A DNA stretch of 64,000 bases, from contig CAWEYG010000003.1 of NCBI GenBank assembly GCA_963813155.1, positions 480,001 to 544,000 of the forward strand, written 5' to 3'. This DNA comes from an uncultured Acidobacteriota bacterium (GTDB taxonomy: Bacteria > Acidobacteriota > Thermoanaerobaculia > UBA5066 > DATFVB01). The first letter of the stretch is position 1, and each line of letters opens with the position of its first letter. Both the position numbers and the translations under genes were made by a program. Under the pieces are notes generated by a model. It worked only from the letters and a program-made list of their open reading frames with translations, did no database searches and had not been told where the DNA came from. Shown here one piece after another: positions 1 through 8,094 of this stretch.

Positions 1-87
1 GATTCCCAGCATCGTCAGCGCCGAACGGAGCTTGTTCCGGAGGATCGCCTGCATGCCGACCTTCAGGATCATCGCGAAACGCTTCAT
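1..87 (-). CDS. ABC transporter permease (MacB/FtsX-like), N-terminal fragment running off the window edge
   Basis: Manual translation MKRFAMILKVGMQAILRNKLRSALTMLGI carries the 'NKLRSxLTMLGI' motif; ATGA overlap with the upstream ATPase. Confidence 0.9.
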   Translation of the reverse strand, partial: MKRFAMILKVGMQAILRNKLRSALTMLGI

Positions 88-827
88 GCGATCACCTCCG
101 CGGCCGGCGTCGCGGACTCCGCGGACGCCTTTTTCTGGCGCGCTGCCCCGTCGGAGAGCACGACTCCGTCCTTGAACATGACGATCCGCTTCGCGAACTG
201 GGCGATGTCGGGCTCGTGCGTGATGAGAACGACCGTCTTGCCGCTCGCGTTGAGATTCTGGAAGACCGCGATCACGTCTTCCGAGGTTCGCGAGTCGAGG
301 TTTCCCGTGGGCTCGTCCGCGAGGATGATGGCCGGATCGTTGATCATCGACCGGGCGATCGCGACGCGCTGCTGCTGCCCTCCCGAAAGCTGGTTCGGGT
401 AGTGGTCTTCCCTGCCCGCAAGCCCCACCATCGCGAGGCACCGCCGGGCCTTCTCGGCGCGATGATCGGCGGCGTGCGTGTCCCGGGCGTAGAGCAACGG
501 CAGCTCGACGTTCTCGAGCGCGGAGGTCCGGGAGAGCAGGTTGAAAGACTGGAACACGAACCCGATCTTCGCGTTCCGGATTTCGGCTCGCGCGTCGCGC
601 GACAACTCCGAAACGTCGTGCCCGTCGAGAAAATACTTTCCGGAGGTGGGCCGGTCGAGGCACCCGATGATGTTCATGAACGTCGATTTTCCGGAGCCCG
701 AAGCGCCCATCACGGCGACGAACTCCCCGGCCTCGACGGTCACGGAGACGCCGTTCAGCGCGCGCACCTCGACGTCTCCCATTCGATAGGTCTTGACGAG
801 GTCGGCGACGCGGATGACCTCGGGCAT
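84..827 (-). CDS. ABC transporter ATP-binding protein (MacB/LolD-like)
   Basis: Walker A GASGSGKS, signature LSGGQQQR, ILADEPTGNLD. Confidence 0.95.
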   Translation of the reverse strand: MPEVIRVADLVKTYRMGDVEVRALNGVSVTVEAGEFVAVMGASGSGKSTFMNIIGCLDRPTSGKYFLDGHDVSELSRDARAEIRNAKIGFVFQSFNLLSRTSALENVELPLLYARDTHAADHRAEKARRCLAMVGLAGREDHYPNQLSGGQQQRVAIARSMINDPAIILADEPTGNLDSRTSEDVIAVFQNLNASGKTVVLITHEPDIAQFAKRIVMFKDGVVLSDGAARQKKASAESATPAAEVIA

Positions 828-2059
828 CAGAACCTCATTCGGGGCGCGTTCTGCGTATCGGCCTTCACGGTCGCCAGGCCCGTGACGATCTTCTGGCCGG
901 GCTCGAGCTCCCCGTCGCGGATCTCCGTGAACTGACCGTCCGTGATTCCCGGGTGAACGTGAACGGCCGTGAGCGCGCCGGTGTCCGAGAGCACGTAGAC
1001 CGTGGGTCCCGCGTCGCGCTTGCCGGTGCGGGGAAGCGATCCCGCGAGCGTCGGGCGCGAAGGCGGCGCTCCCGGAGCGGCGGCCGGAGCCGGCGGACCT
1101 GCCGGCGAAGCTCCCGTCGGCGCGTTCCCGCGCGCCGATTCGGACGGGGCGGGCTTGAATCGGAGCGCCGCGTTCGGAATGCGAAGCACGTCGTGGTCGG
1201 TCGCGACGTCAATCGTGATGTTCGCGGTCATCGAGGGCCGGAGCTTCTCCTCGGCGTTGTCCACCGACACGATGACGGGATACGTGACGACATTCTGGTT
1301 GACGGTCGCGTTCAGCCGGATCTGGCTGACCTTCGCCTGGAAGACGCGGTCCGGAAACGCGTCCACGCTGAAGTGGACGGGCTCGCCGACCTTGACGCGC
1401 CCGATGTCCGACTCGTCCACGTCGGCCTGCACCTGCATTTTCGTCAGGTCCTGCGCGATCGTGAAAAGCGTGGGGGCCTGAAACGAAGCGGCGACCGTTT
1501 GCCCGACGTCGTACGCGCGGTTGACGACGACTCCGTCGATCGGCGACACGATCTTCGAATATTTCAGGTTCGTCTCCGCCTCGCCCAGAGCGGCCTGGGC
1601 CTGCGCGACCTGCGCGGCCGCCGAATCCGACGCCGCTTTCGCGTTGTCGTAGTCCGCCTGCGCCGCGAGCCCTTCGTCCTTGAGCCTTCCCTGCCGCTGG
1701 AACGCGATTTTCGCGTTGGCGGCGTCCACTTTCGTCTTGTCGACGTTCGCCTTCTGCTGGGCGATCGCCTGCTCGAACGGCGTCGGATCGAGCTCGGCGA
1801 GGAGCTGACCCTTCTTCACGCGGCTGTTGAAGTCGGCGTAGAGCTTCGCGATGATGCCGGAGACCTGGCTGCCCACCTGGACGGTCGTGACCGCCGAGAT
1901 CGCTCCCGTCGCCGATACCGACATCGTGATGTCGCCCCGGGAGACCGGCGCGGTCCTGTATTTCTGCGGCTTCTGGCCGCCCCGGCGGATGAGCACGACG
2001 CCGCCGGCGAGCGCGAGGACGACGATGGCGAGCCAGATGTACGACTTCTTCAACGACAC
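827..2059 (-). CDS. Efflux periplasmic adaptor subunit (MacA-like)
   Basis: N-terminal TM, 'VQVGSQVSG', 'SPIDGVV', 'GQTVAASFQAPTLF'; precedes the ABC ATPase and permease. Confidence 0.93.
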   Translation of the reverse strand: MSLKKSYIWLAIVVLALAGGVVLIRRGGQKPQKYRTAPVSRGDITMSVSATGAISAVTTVQVGSQVSGIIAKLYADFNSRVKKGQLLAELDPTPFEQAIAQQKANVDKTKVDAANAKIAFQRQGRLKDEGLAAQADYDNAKAASDSAAAQVAQAQAALGEAETNLKYSKIVSPIDGVVVNRAYDVGQTVAASFQAPTLFTIAQDLTKMQVQADVDESDIGRVKVGEPVHFSVDAFPDRVFQAKVSQIRLNATVNQNVVTYPVIVSVDNAEEKLRPSMTANITIDVATDHDVLRIPNAALRFKPAPSESARGNAPTGASPAGPPAPAAAPGAPPSRPTLAGSLPRTGKRDAGPTVYVLSDTGALTAVHVHPGITDGQFTEIRDGELEPGQKIVTGLATVKADTQNAPRMRF

Positions 2060-2165
2060 GACCTCCTTGCATCGTAACGCTTTAGCATCATGGATTGTTT
2101 CATGATTCGCGTTGCCCGCGCGCGCTCCAGCACCGGCGCCACCACTCGCGGGCCTTCTCTCGACG

Positions 2166-2882
2166 TTATGCTTTTTTCGCGGGGCGCGTGGGTCGCAACT
2201 CGATGCGGGACGGGATCGCGCGGTCGGGGTACCGCACGAGATCCAACACCGCCTGCGCGATATCGTCCGGCGCGAGCATCCACGATTCGGAGGACGCCTC
2301 GGCGCCCTGAAAATCCGTCGCGACGGAGCCGGGCATGACGATCGCGATTCGGATCCCGTCCTGCCGGAGATCCAGCATGGCGGCGTGCGAGAGGCCGAGC
2401 AGCCCGAATTTCGAGGCGTTGTAGGCGGCGCCCCCCGCGAATGCGTTGACCGAAGCGAGCGATCCGATGTTGACGATGAAGCCGCCGCCGTTTTTCTTCA
2501 TGATCGGCGCGGCGAAGCGGATTCCGTAGAAAGGTCCGAAAAGGTTCGTTTCGACGATCGAGCGAAAGTCCTTCGGGTCGATTTCCGCGGCGCTTCCGAA
2601 CTGCCCGACGCCCGCGTTGTTGACGAGAACGTCGATCTTGCCGAAACGTTCCGCGAAGAACTCGATGAGCGCGCGGACGTCGTCTTCCTTTCGCGAGTCG
2701 GCCGACTTGCCCTCGACGGCGAGGCCGTCTTTCTGGAACGCGGCGGTCGCGTTGCGCACGCCTTCCAGCGTCCGCCCGGAGATGGCCACGTTCCAGCCCT
2801 CGACCGCGAATCGGCGCGCGATCGCGTTTCCGATTCCGCGCGTTCCGCCCGTGACGACGACCGATCTTTTCTCTGAGCTCAT
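2166..2882 (-). CDS. SDR family oxidoreductase
   Basis: TGGTRGIG, NNAG and YNASK motifs; ATG at 2882 preceded by AAGGAG. Confidence 0.93.
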   Translation of the reverse strand: MSSEKRSVVVTGGTRGIGNAIARRFAVEGWNVAISGRTLEGVRNATAAFQKDGLAVEGKSADSRKEDDVRALIEFFAERFGKIDVLVNNAGVGQFGSAAEIDPKDFRSIVETNLFGPFYGIRFAAPIMKKNGGGFIVNIGSLASVNAFAGGAAYNASKFGLLGLSHAAMLDLRQDGIRIAIVMPGSVATDFQGAEASSESWMLAPDDIAQAVLDLVRYPDRAIPSRIELRPTRPAKKA

Positions 2883-2925
2883 GGCTCGACCCGTACTCCT
2901 TGCCTCAAATCCGGTCTCCCCCAAT

Positions 2926-2949
2926 AAAAAAACGGAAGCTTCCTTCCGC
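2926..2949 (-). terminator. Rho-independent terminator downstream of crcB-DUF190
   Basis: Minus strand GCGGAAG-GAAG-CTTCCGT followed by a T6 run. Confidence 0.6.
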
Positions 2950-2996
2950 GGGAGCGGGATTCTGTCATAAATCGGACGATTTGAACAGCGGCCCGA

Positions 2997-3356
2997 TCAG
3001 GCGCCGGAAACGGGCGGACGGCTCCCGGGCGAATACTTCACGACGCGGACCCTTTCGACCGTCACGAGCCCCTCCGTCACCATCTCGTCGAGGATCGGGA
3101 GGAGCCGTTCGACGTGCGCTTCGGTGTCCACGATCTCGATGACGACGGGCAGGTCTTCCGAAAGACGAAGCAGCTGCGTCGTGTGCAGGACGCTGCGGGC
3201 CCCGAACCCCGCGACCCCGCGGAAGACCGTCGCTCCGGCGAAGCCCTCTTTCCGGAGGCGCTCCACGAGGGCCGACGCGAGGGGATGATGATTCCAGCGA
3301 TCCGATTCCCCGATGAAGATCCGCACCAGCATCTGTTCGCCGTCGAGCGCGCGCAT
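2997..3356 (-). CDS. DUF190 (PII-like) protein
   Basis: 'RIFIGESD', 'GATVFRGVAGFG', 'LSEDLPVVIEIVD'; usual partner of crcB. Confidence 0.92.
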   Translation of the reverse strand: MRALDGEQMLVRIFIGESDRWNHHPLASALVERLRKEGFAGATVFRGVAGFGARSVLHTTQLLRLSEDLPVVIEIVDTEAHVERLLPILDEMVTEGLVTVERVRVVKYSPGSRPPVSGA

Positions 3357-3365
3357 GATTCCTCC

Positions 3366-3749
3366 TCAACCGCCCAGAAGGGACTTCCCGGCCGCCAGCC
3401 CCGCGAGACCGCAGACGAGGCACACGACGACCGTCGTTCCGAGGTTCGCGGCGGCGAGCGCCCAGGCGCCCTCGCGAACGTACTCGAGGGTCTCGTAGTT
3501 GAAAGTCGAATACGTCGTGAAGCCGCCGATCACGCCGGTCGCGAGGCTGATTCGCAGAGTCGGGCCGAGGAGGCCGCCGGAAGCCCCGATTTCCATGATG
3601 AACCCGAGCAGGAAGGAGCCGATCGTGTTCACGGCGAGGGTTCCGAACGGAAACCCGGGGCCCGCCTGGCGCTGGACCCAACCGGAGAGCCAGTAGCGCG
3701 CCCCGGTTCCGACCGCGCCGCCGAGGCAGATCCACAGGAAACGCGACAT
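3366..3749 (-). CDS. crcB: Fluoride efflux channel CrcB/Fluc
   Basis: GGAVGTGARY, FPFGTLAVN, GVIGGFTTYSTF. Confidence 0.95.
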   Translation of the reverse strand: MSRFLWICLGGAVGTGARYWLSGWVQRQAGPGFPFGTLAVNTIGSFLLGFIMEIGASGGLLGPTLRISLATGVIGGFTTYSTFNYETLEYVREGAWALAAANLGTTVVVCLVCGLAGLAAGKSLLGG

Positions 3750-3780
3750 CGGCCGCAGTCTATCTCCGGCGCCGGCCTAG

Positions 3781-4050
3781 CAGGCTGCTGAAAAACCCCG
3801 CGAGTCGCGCGCCAGCGGCTTGCGGAGGAGCTCAAGGCGCGAGGAGGGGACAGATGCCCAAGCGATCGGACCCGACGAGCAACGCCGAGATCGTCCGCAA
3901 TGCGCTGGCGCCCAACGGGTTCGGGCGGCGCCCGTCCGTCTGCTTCGTTGCCGCTCCTCAACGATGCCCCGGCATCGCCTGCGTCGCGGTCGCCTCGCAT
4001 CCGTCCAGGCGGCGCTCCGAACGTGACCCGTGCGGTTTTTCAGCAGCCTG
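3781..4050. mobile_element. MITE (non-autonomous element, IS5/IS1182-like ends)
   Basis: Perfect 17-bp terminal inverted repeats CAGGCTGCTGAAAAACC (3781-3797) / GGTTTTTCAGCAGCCTG (4034-4050); CTAG on both flanks (3777-3780, 4051-4054); no transposase. Confidence 0.85.
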
Positions 4051-4878
4051 CTAGTACTTCCCGCGCGCGCGTTCCTTCGCGGGGAGAATCTCGAGGCAGC
4101 TCGTCCACCAACCGGTTCGGATCGTCTCGACAAACTCGGCCGGAAGGCTCTCTTCTTCCATCTCGCGCGCGAGCCGCTCGTGTTCGTACGGGACCGGCAC
4201 GAACCGCGCCTCGACCCCGCAGCCGAACTCGCCGCCGAACTCGCCGCCGAATTCGCCGCCGAATTCGCTGCCGAATTCGAGCGTCGCGTACCAGACGTTC
4301 GTGCGGCCGTCGTTGGCGGGCCGCCCGAGCGCGCCGCAATTGACGACGAGCCTTCCGGACGGAAGGCGGCGCTGCCAGTGGAGGCCCGTGTGGGTGCAGA
4401 CGAGGACGTCGGCGTCGAAGTCCGAGAGCAGCTTCTCCAGGAACGCGACGGGCGAATTCGACTCCCAAAGGAATTCGTTGATCTTCCGGGGACTTCCGTG
4501 AACGAGCAGCACCTTTCGGCCGCCGACTTCGAGCCGCCGCGTTTTCGGCAGCGTTCCCATCCAGCGGCGGTGGTCGGGCGCGGTGTTTGCGAACGTGTAA
4601 TCGTACGAAAATTTCGCGAAGCGGTTGTCGCGCGGATCGGTGTAACCGCAGTGGCAGTCGTCGGCTTCCGAGGAGAGCGATTCCTCGTAGTTGCCCTGGA
4701 TGAGGCCGATCGGTTGGGAACGGAGGATCTCGATCGTCCGGTCGGGATGCGGGCCGAACGCCCCGAAATCGCCGAGCGCGAAGATCTCGTCGGCGCCTTC
4801 CCTTCGCGCGATCGAAATCGCCGACGCGAGAGCAAGGTGGTTGCTGTAGATTCCCCCGAAAAACGCAAGCCGGGTCAT
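4051..4878 (-). CDS. Metallophosphoesterase family protein with a non-canonical motif I
   Basis: LGD, GNYE, VHGSP and HTG motifs; GGIYSN replaces DxHxN; DCHCGY Cys motif. Confidence 0.88.
   Translation of the reverse strand: MTRLAFFGGIYSNHLALASAISIARREGADEIFALGDFGAFGPHPDRTIEILRSQPIGLIQGNYEESLSSEADDCHCGYTDPRDNRFAKFSYDYTFANTAPDHRRWMGTLPKTRRLEVGGRKVLLVHGSPRKINEFLWESNSPVAFLEKLLSDFDADVLVCTHTGLHWQRRLPSGRLVVNCGALGRPANDGRTNVWYATLEFGSEFGGEFGGEFGGEFGCGVEARFVPVPYEHERLAREMEEESLPAEFVETIRTGWWTSCLEILPAKERARGKY
4219..4279. repeat. In-frame 12-bp tandem repeat, about 5 copies, encoding EFG(S/G/C)
   Basis: GCCGCCGAA(C/T)TC units; protein reads EFGSEFGGEFGGEFGGEFGC. Confidence 0.85.
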
Positions 4879-6052
4879 GACGACCGCTTCCCGAGGCTCC
4901 CGAGCAGGAGCTCGAGCTGCGCCAGTCCCGTCTGGAGGAGGAACGTCCGGCGGCGGCCGTAGCTCTTCGCGCCGACGAAGAAGAAGTTCGGCTCCCCCGT
5001 CGCGAGGTCCTCGGACCGAACGCGCGGGACCGAGAGGCAGTCGGTCGAGCCCGCGAGAGCGCGGGACAGGGCGGCGGGGCCCTCCGTCGCGGCGGCGAGG
5101 TCGAGAGACAGCTCCGACAGGAACCGGTAGTCCGGTCGGAAGCCCGTGAGGGCGACGATCGCGTCGAAACTCTCATCCCCGTCCCTCGAGAACCGCACGC
5201 GGAGGCGGCCGTCCTCGGTTCGGATTTCCTCGATCGCGGTTCGCCTGCGGACCGAGAGCCAGCCGGGAGGCGACGCGGCGAGGTCGTTGGCCTCCGACAC
5301 GATCCGGCGGCGCTCCGGAAGGGGGTCCTCCGCAAACTCCTCGCACGGCCGCCGGTTCGCCGTTCGAACCGCCCAGGTCACGCGCGTCCCCGGAGAATTC
5401 GCCCGGCGCGCCGAGAGAACCCCGATCGCCGTCGCCGCGGAATGCCCGTGGCCGGCCATCAGAATCGACCCGCCCGAAAGGGAGTCGAGGCGCGCTTCCA
5501 GCGTCCCGAGGTCCCGAACCAGCCTTTCCCCGGCGTCCCGCTCGCCGAGCGCGGGGAGCCCGCCCGGTCCGGCCGCATTGGGGATGGCGAAACCTCCCGA
5601 AGCGTCGAAGACGACGTCGGCCTCCCAGAGCTCTTCGATCCCGTCCCGCTCCGTCAGAACGCGAAACGGCCGCTCGCTGCGAATCGGATGTCCCGCGAAT
5701 TCCGGCCGGGAAAGACCGGATCGGCCGATCGAAAGGACGCGCCGGCCGAGATGAACGCGGCCGCGAAGGAGCGGCGACGCCGCAAGCGGTACGAGCACGC
5801 GATCCGCCATCTCGGGGCCGGTCAACAGCGCGTCCTCCGGCGGAAGGGCCGCCGTCGAGGGCTCGCTTCGAAGAAGCGGAGAGATTCATCCGCAGCGGAG
5901 TGAAAAATCGCGTCGATACCCCACCGGCGCAGCGACTCGCCGATCGAGCCTTTCTCGAGGACGGCGACGTCGAAGCCCCTTTCTCGCGCGCCGAGAGCGG
6001 CGGCGAGCCCCATGGGGCCGGCGCCGACGACGATCAGGCGCTTCGATGCCAA
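4875..6052 (-). CDS. FAD/NAD(P)-dependent oxidoreductase of the ars-associated flavoprotein type; two frameshifts near 5830-5920
   Basis: N-terminal VVGAGPMGLAAA (5822-6052 ORF); GHGHSA, TGFRPD and 'EPNFFFVGAKSYGR..TFLL.TG' (4875-5825 ORF). Confidence 0.82.
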
Positions 6053-6056
6053 CGGA

Positions 6057-6386
6057 TCACGCTTTCCGGGAGAGCGTGTTGCAGGACTGGACCCAGTGCG
6101 CGATCGTTCCGCCGCCCCGAATCACGGCCGCGACGTTGACCGCTTCCGACATCTCCTCGGGGCTGATTCCCGCGTCCGTGCAGGCCGACGAGTAGGAGTC
6201 GATGCAGTACGGCTCCTGGATCGCGAACGCGACCGCCAGCGCGATCAGCTTCTTCGTCTTTTCGTCGAGCGCTCCCGCCTCCATCGTCGTCGAATACCAC
6301 TTCAGGAACAGGTCGAAGAGCTTCGGGTTGGTCTTCGCGATTTCGCCGAATCGCGCGAGGTCTTCGGACAGGTAATAGCTCGGCAT
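6057..6386 (-). CDS. AhpD/CMD-like protein resembling the arsenosugar biosynthesis-associated peroxidase-like family
   Basis: 'SYY..EDL.RFG.I', 'GALD.KTK.LIALAV', 'PYCID.Y', 'EAV.VAA.IRGG'. Confidence 0.85.
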   Translation of the reverse strand: MPSYYLSEDLARFGEIAKTNPKLFDLFLKWYSTTMEAGALDEKTKKLIALAVAFAIQEPYCIDSYSSACTDAGISPEEMSEAVNVAAVIRGGGTIAHWVQSCNTLSRKA

Positions 6387-6397
6387 TCACTTTCCTT

Positions 6398-7270
6398 TCA
6401 ATTGGTCTTGCACGTGACTCCGTATTCGTGACAGGTGAAGCAGGCCGGGAACCTCAGCTCGAACGGACGCAGCGTCTCGCCGATCGTCGATCCCATTCGC
6501 GCCTCCGGATGGTCGATGAGAATCGGGCACACGTAGACGCCTTCGGACGTGACCATCCGGCACGAGGAGCACTGGAGACTCTCCGCTTCCTCGTTCGTCA
6601 GCGCGCGGCCCCTCAGGGTTTCCCACGACTCGTACGCGCGCATCCGCGTCTCCTCGGCGCCGATGCGGAAGAGGGACAGGATCTTCAGTCGCGGGCGCGG
6701 GAGACCGATCGACCGGAGAAACGCCAGGAATCGCTCGCGCCCCTCCCCCGAAGCCGCTTCGTCGCAGGCCTCGGTGACGGTGATCACGGGATTCAACCCC
6801 GCCTTCGAGAGATTCCGTATCCCCTGGAGGATTCGATCGAACGTCCCCGCGCCCCGGATCGGGTCGTTGGTCGAGGCATCGTAGCCGTCGATCGAGACCC
6901 GCAGGTCGAACGAGTATTCCGATGCGTCGTCGAGCGCTTTCAGCTGCCGCGCGAGCTCCGGAGTGAGGAGCACGCCGTTCGTCAGCACGTGCGCCGGACC
7001 CTGCTTCAGCGTCGCTTCGAGAATCGGGAGAATCTCGCGATTGAGAAACGGCTCTCCGCCCGTGAAGTAGTACTCGCGGACGCCGAGGTCGGCCGCTTCG
7101 CGAAGCCTCTCCCGCACCGCGGACAGGGTGAGCATTCCGTGGGAATGATTCTCCGGCGAGCAGGAGATGAAGCAATGGGTGCACCGGAGGTTGCAGATCG
7201 TTCCCGCGACCTGGAACCACAGCGTGTCGACGGACGTCGAAGGTACGAAGGGAAATTCGGGATCCGGCAA
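6398..7270 (-). CDS. Radical SAM protein (ArsS-related subgroup)
   Basis: CNLRCTHC, YFTGGEPF, C-terminal Cys motifs (CSSCRM, CP, CFTC..C); TTG start after AAAGGAG. Confidence 0.9.
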   Translation of the reverse strand: MPDPEFPFVPSTSVDTLWFQVAGTICNLRCTHCFISCSPENHSHGMLTLSAVRERLREAADLGVREYYFTGGEPFLNREILPILEATLKQGPAHVLTNGVLLTPELARQLKALDDASEYSFDLRVSIDGYDASTNDPIRGAGTFDRILQGIRNLSKAGLNPVITVTEACDEAASGEGRERFLAFLRSIGLPRPRLKILSLFRIGAEETRMRAYESWETLRGRALTNEEAESLQCSSCRMVTSEGVYVCPILIDHPEARMGSTIGETLRPFELRFPACFTCHEYGVTCKTN

Positions 7271-7333
7271 GATGCTCCTTTCGAGACACGGCGCTTCGCC
7301 GCGCCGGCCGGGGGTTTGAACGGGACGGAGAGG

Positions 7334-8077
7334 TCAGGCGGAGGGAGGAGCGCGGGCGGGCAGCGCAAGCGCGGAGAGGAGAGCCGGCGCGTTCGCGAAT
7401 ACGACCCGCGCGGAGCGCCGCTGCCGGAGAGCGTCGGCGAGCAGGGGGCGAAATTCCGTCCAGGCCGCTGTCGATTCGCAATCTCGATACGCTCGCGCCA
7501 GGTCGTCGACCGAGTCGAGCTCGTCGCGGACTTCCAGCCTCACGACCTCGCGCCCCGTGCGCTCGAGGGCCGTCTCGAGCTTCGCGCAGAGTCGGGCGTC
7601 TCTCGGCGAGCAATTCTCGAGAAAGCGGAATCGGCTGTCGGACAGTCCGACGAGATAGACGCCCCCGTCGCGCGACGGTCCGAGAACGACCGTGGAGCGG
7701 GCCCCCTCGAGGGCCCGGAACGCGAGATCCAGGTCCCGGCCGGAAAGCGCGGGAGCGTCGCCCCCGACGACCGCGACGGAGGTGAATCCCAGGGCGAAGA
7801 CTTCGGCGACCGCGCTCGCCAGTCGCTCCCCGAACCGGCCGTCCGATTGGGCGAGGACCGGCGAAAGCCCGGGGCCGCGCCGGGAGCGGAAACGCTCCGC
7901 GCAGCGGGGTGGCGAGGAAATCACGAAGCGGGCTCCCGCCGCCTCGGCCGCCCGCTCCCACGAGGAGAGGAAGGCGGCAAAAAGCCGGGAGCCGGCCTCC
8001 GGGGAGAGGCCCTTCGCGCGCGCTTCCGCCTCGGGGGTACGCGTGAAGACGAGCAGCGCTCGACGAGACTCCGACAT
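7334..8077 (-). CDS. DUF2064/TIGR04282-like GT-A fold protein with C-terminal RAPP
   Basis: 'LLVFTRTP', 'Q..G.FGERL', 'VVGGDAP', 'VLGPSRDGGVYLVG', 'DELDSVDDL'; ends PARAPPSA*. Confidence 0.85.
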   Translation of the reverse strand: MSESRRALLVFTRTPEAEARAKGLSPEAGSRLFAAFLSSWERAAEAAGARFVISSPPRCAERFRSRRGPGLSPVLAQSDGRFGERLASAVAEVFALGFTSVAVVGGDAPALSGRDLDLAFRALEGARSTVVLGPSRDGGVYLVGLSDSRFRFLENCSPRDARLCAKLETALERTGREVVRLEVRDELDSVDDLARAYRDCESTAAWTEFRPLLADALRQRRSARVVFANAPALLSALALPARAPPSA

Positions 8078-8094
8078 CGGGGCGATCTTACCTC

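Noticed and set aside
3750-3800. Fluoride riboswitch upstream of crcB
   Set aside because: No GGCGATGG...CTGATG motif. crcB has a -10 box 7 nt before its ATG and the upstream DNA is a MITE.
4219-4279. CRISPR array
   Set aside because: Contiguous 12-bp coding repeat with no spacers; no cas genes or repeat-spacer array seen in the window.
6387-6400. Selenocysteine read-through at the radical SAM TGA
   Set aside because: The TGA follows a complete C-terminus and is directly followed by the next gene's RBS and start. It is not at a Cys-equivalent position and no SECIS-like hairpin is visible.
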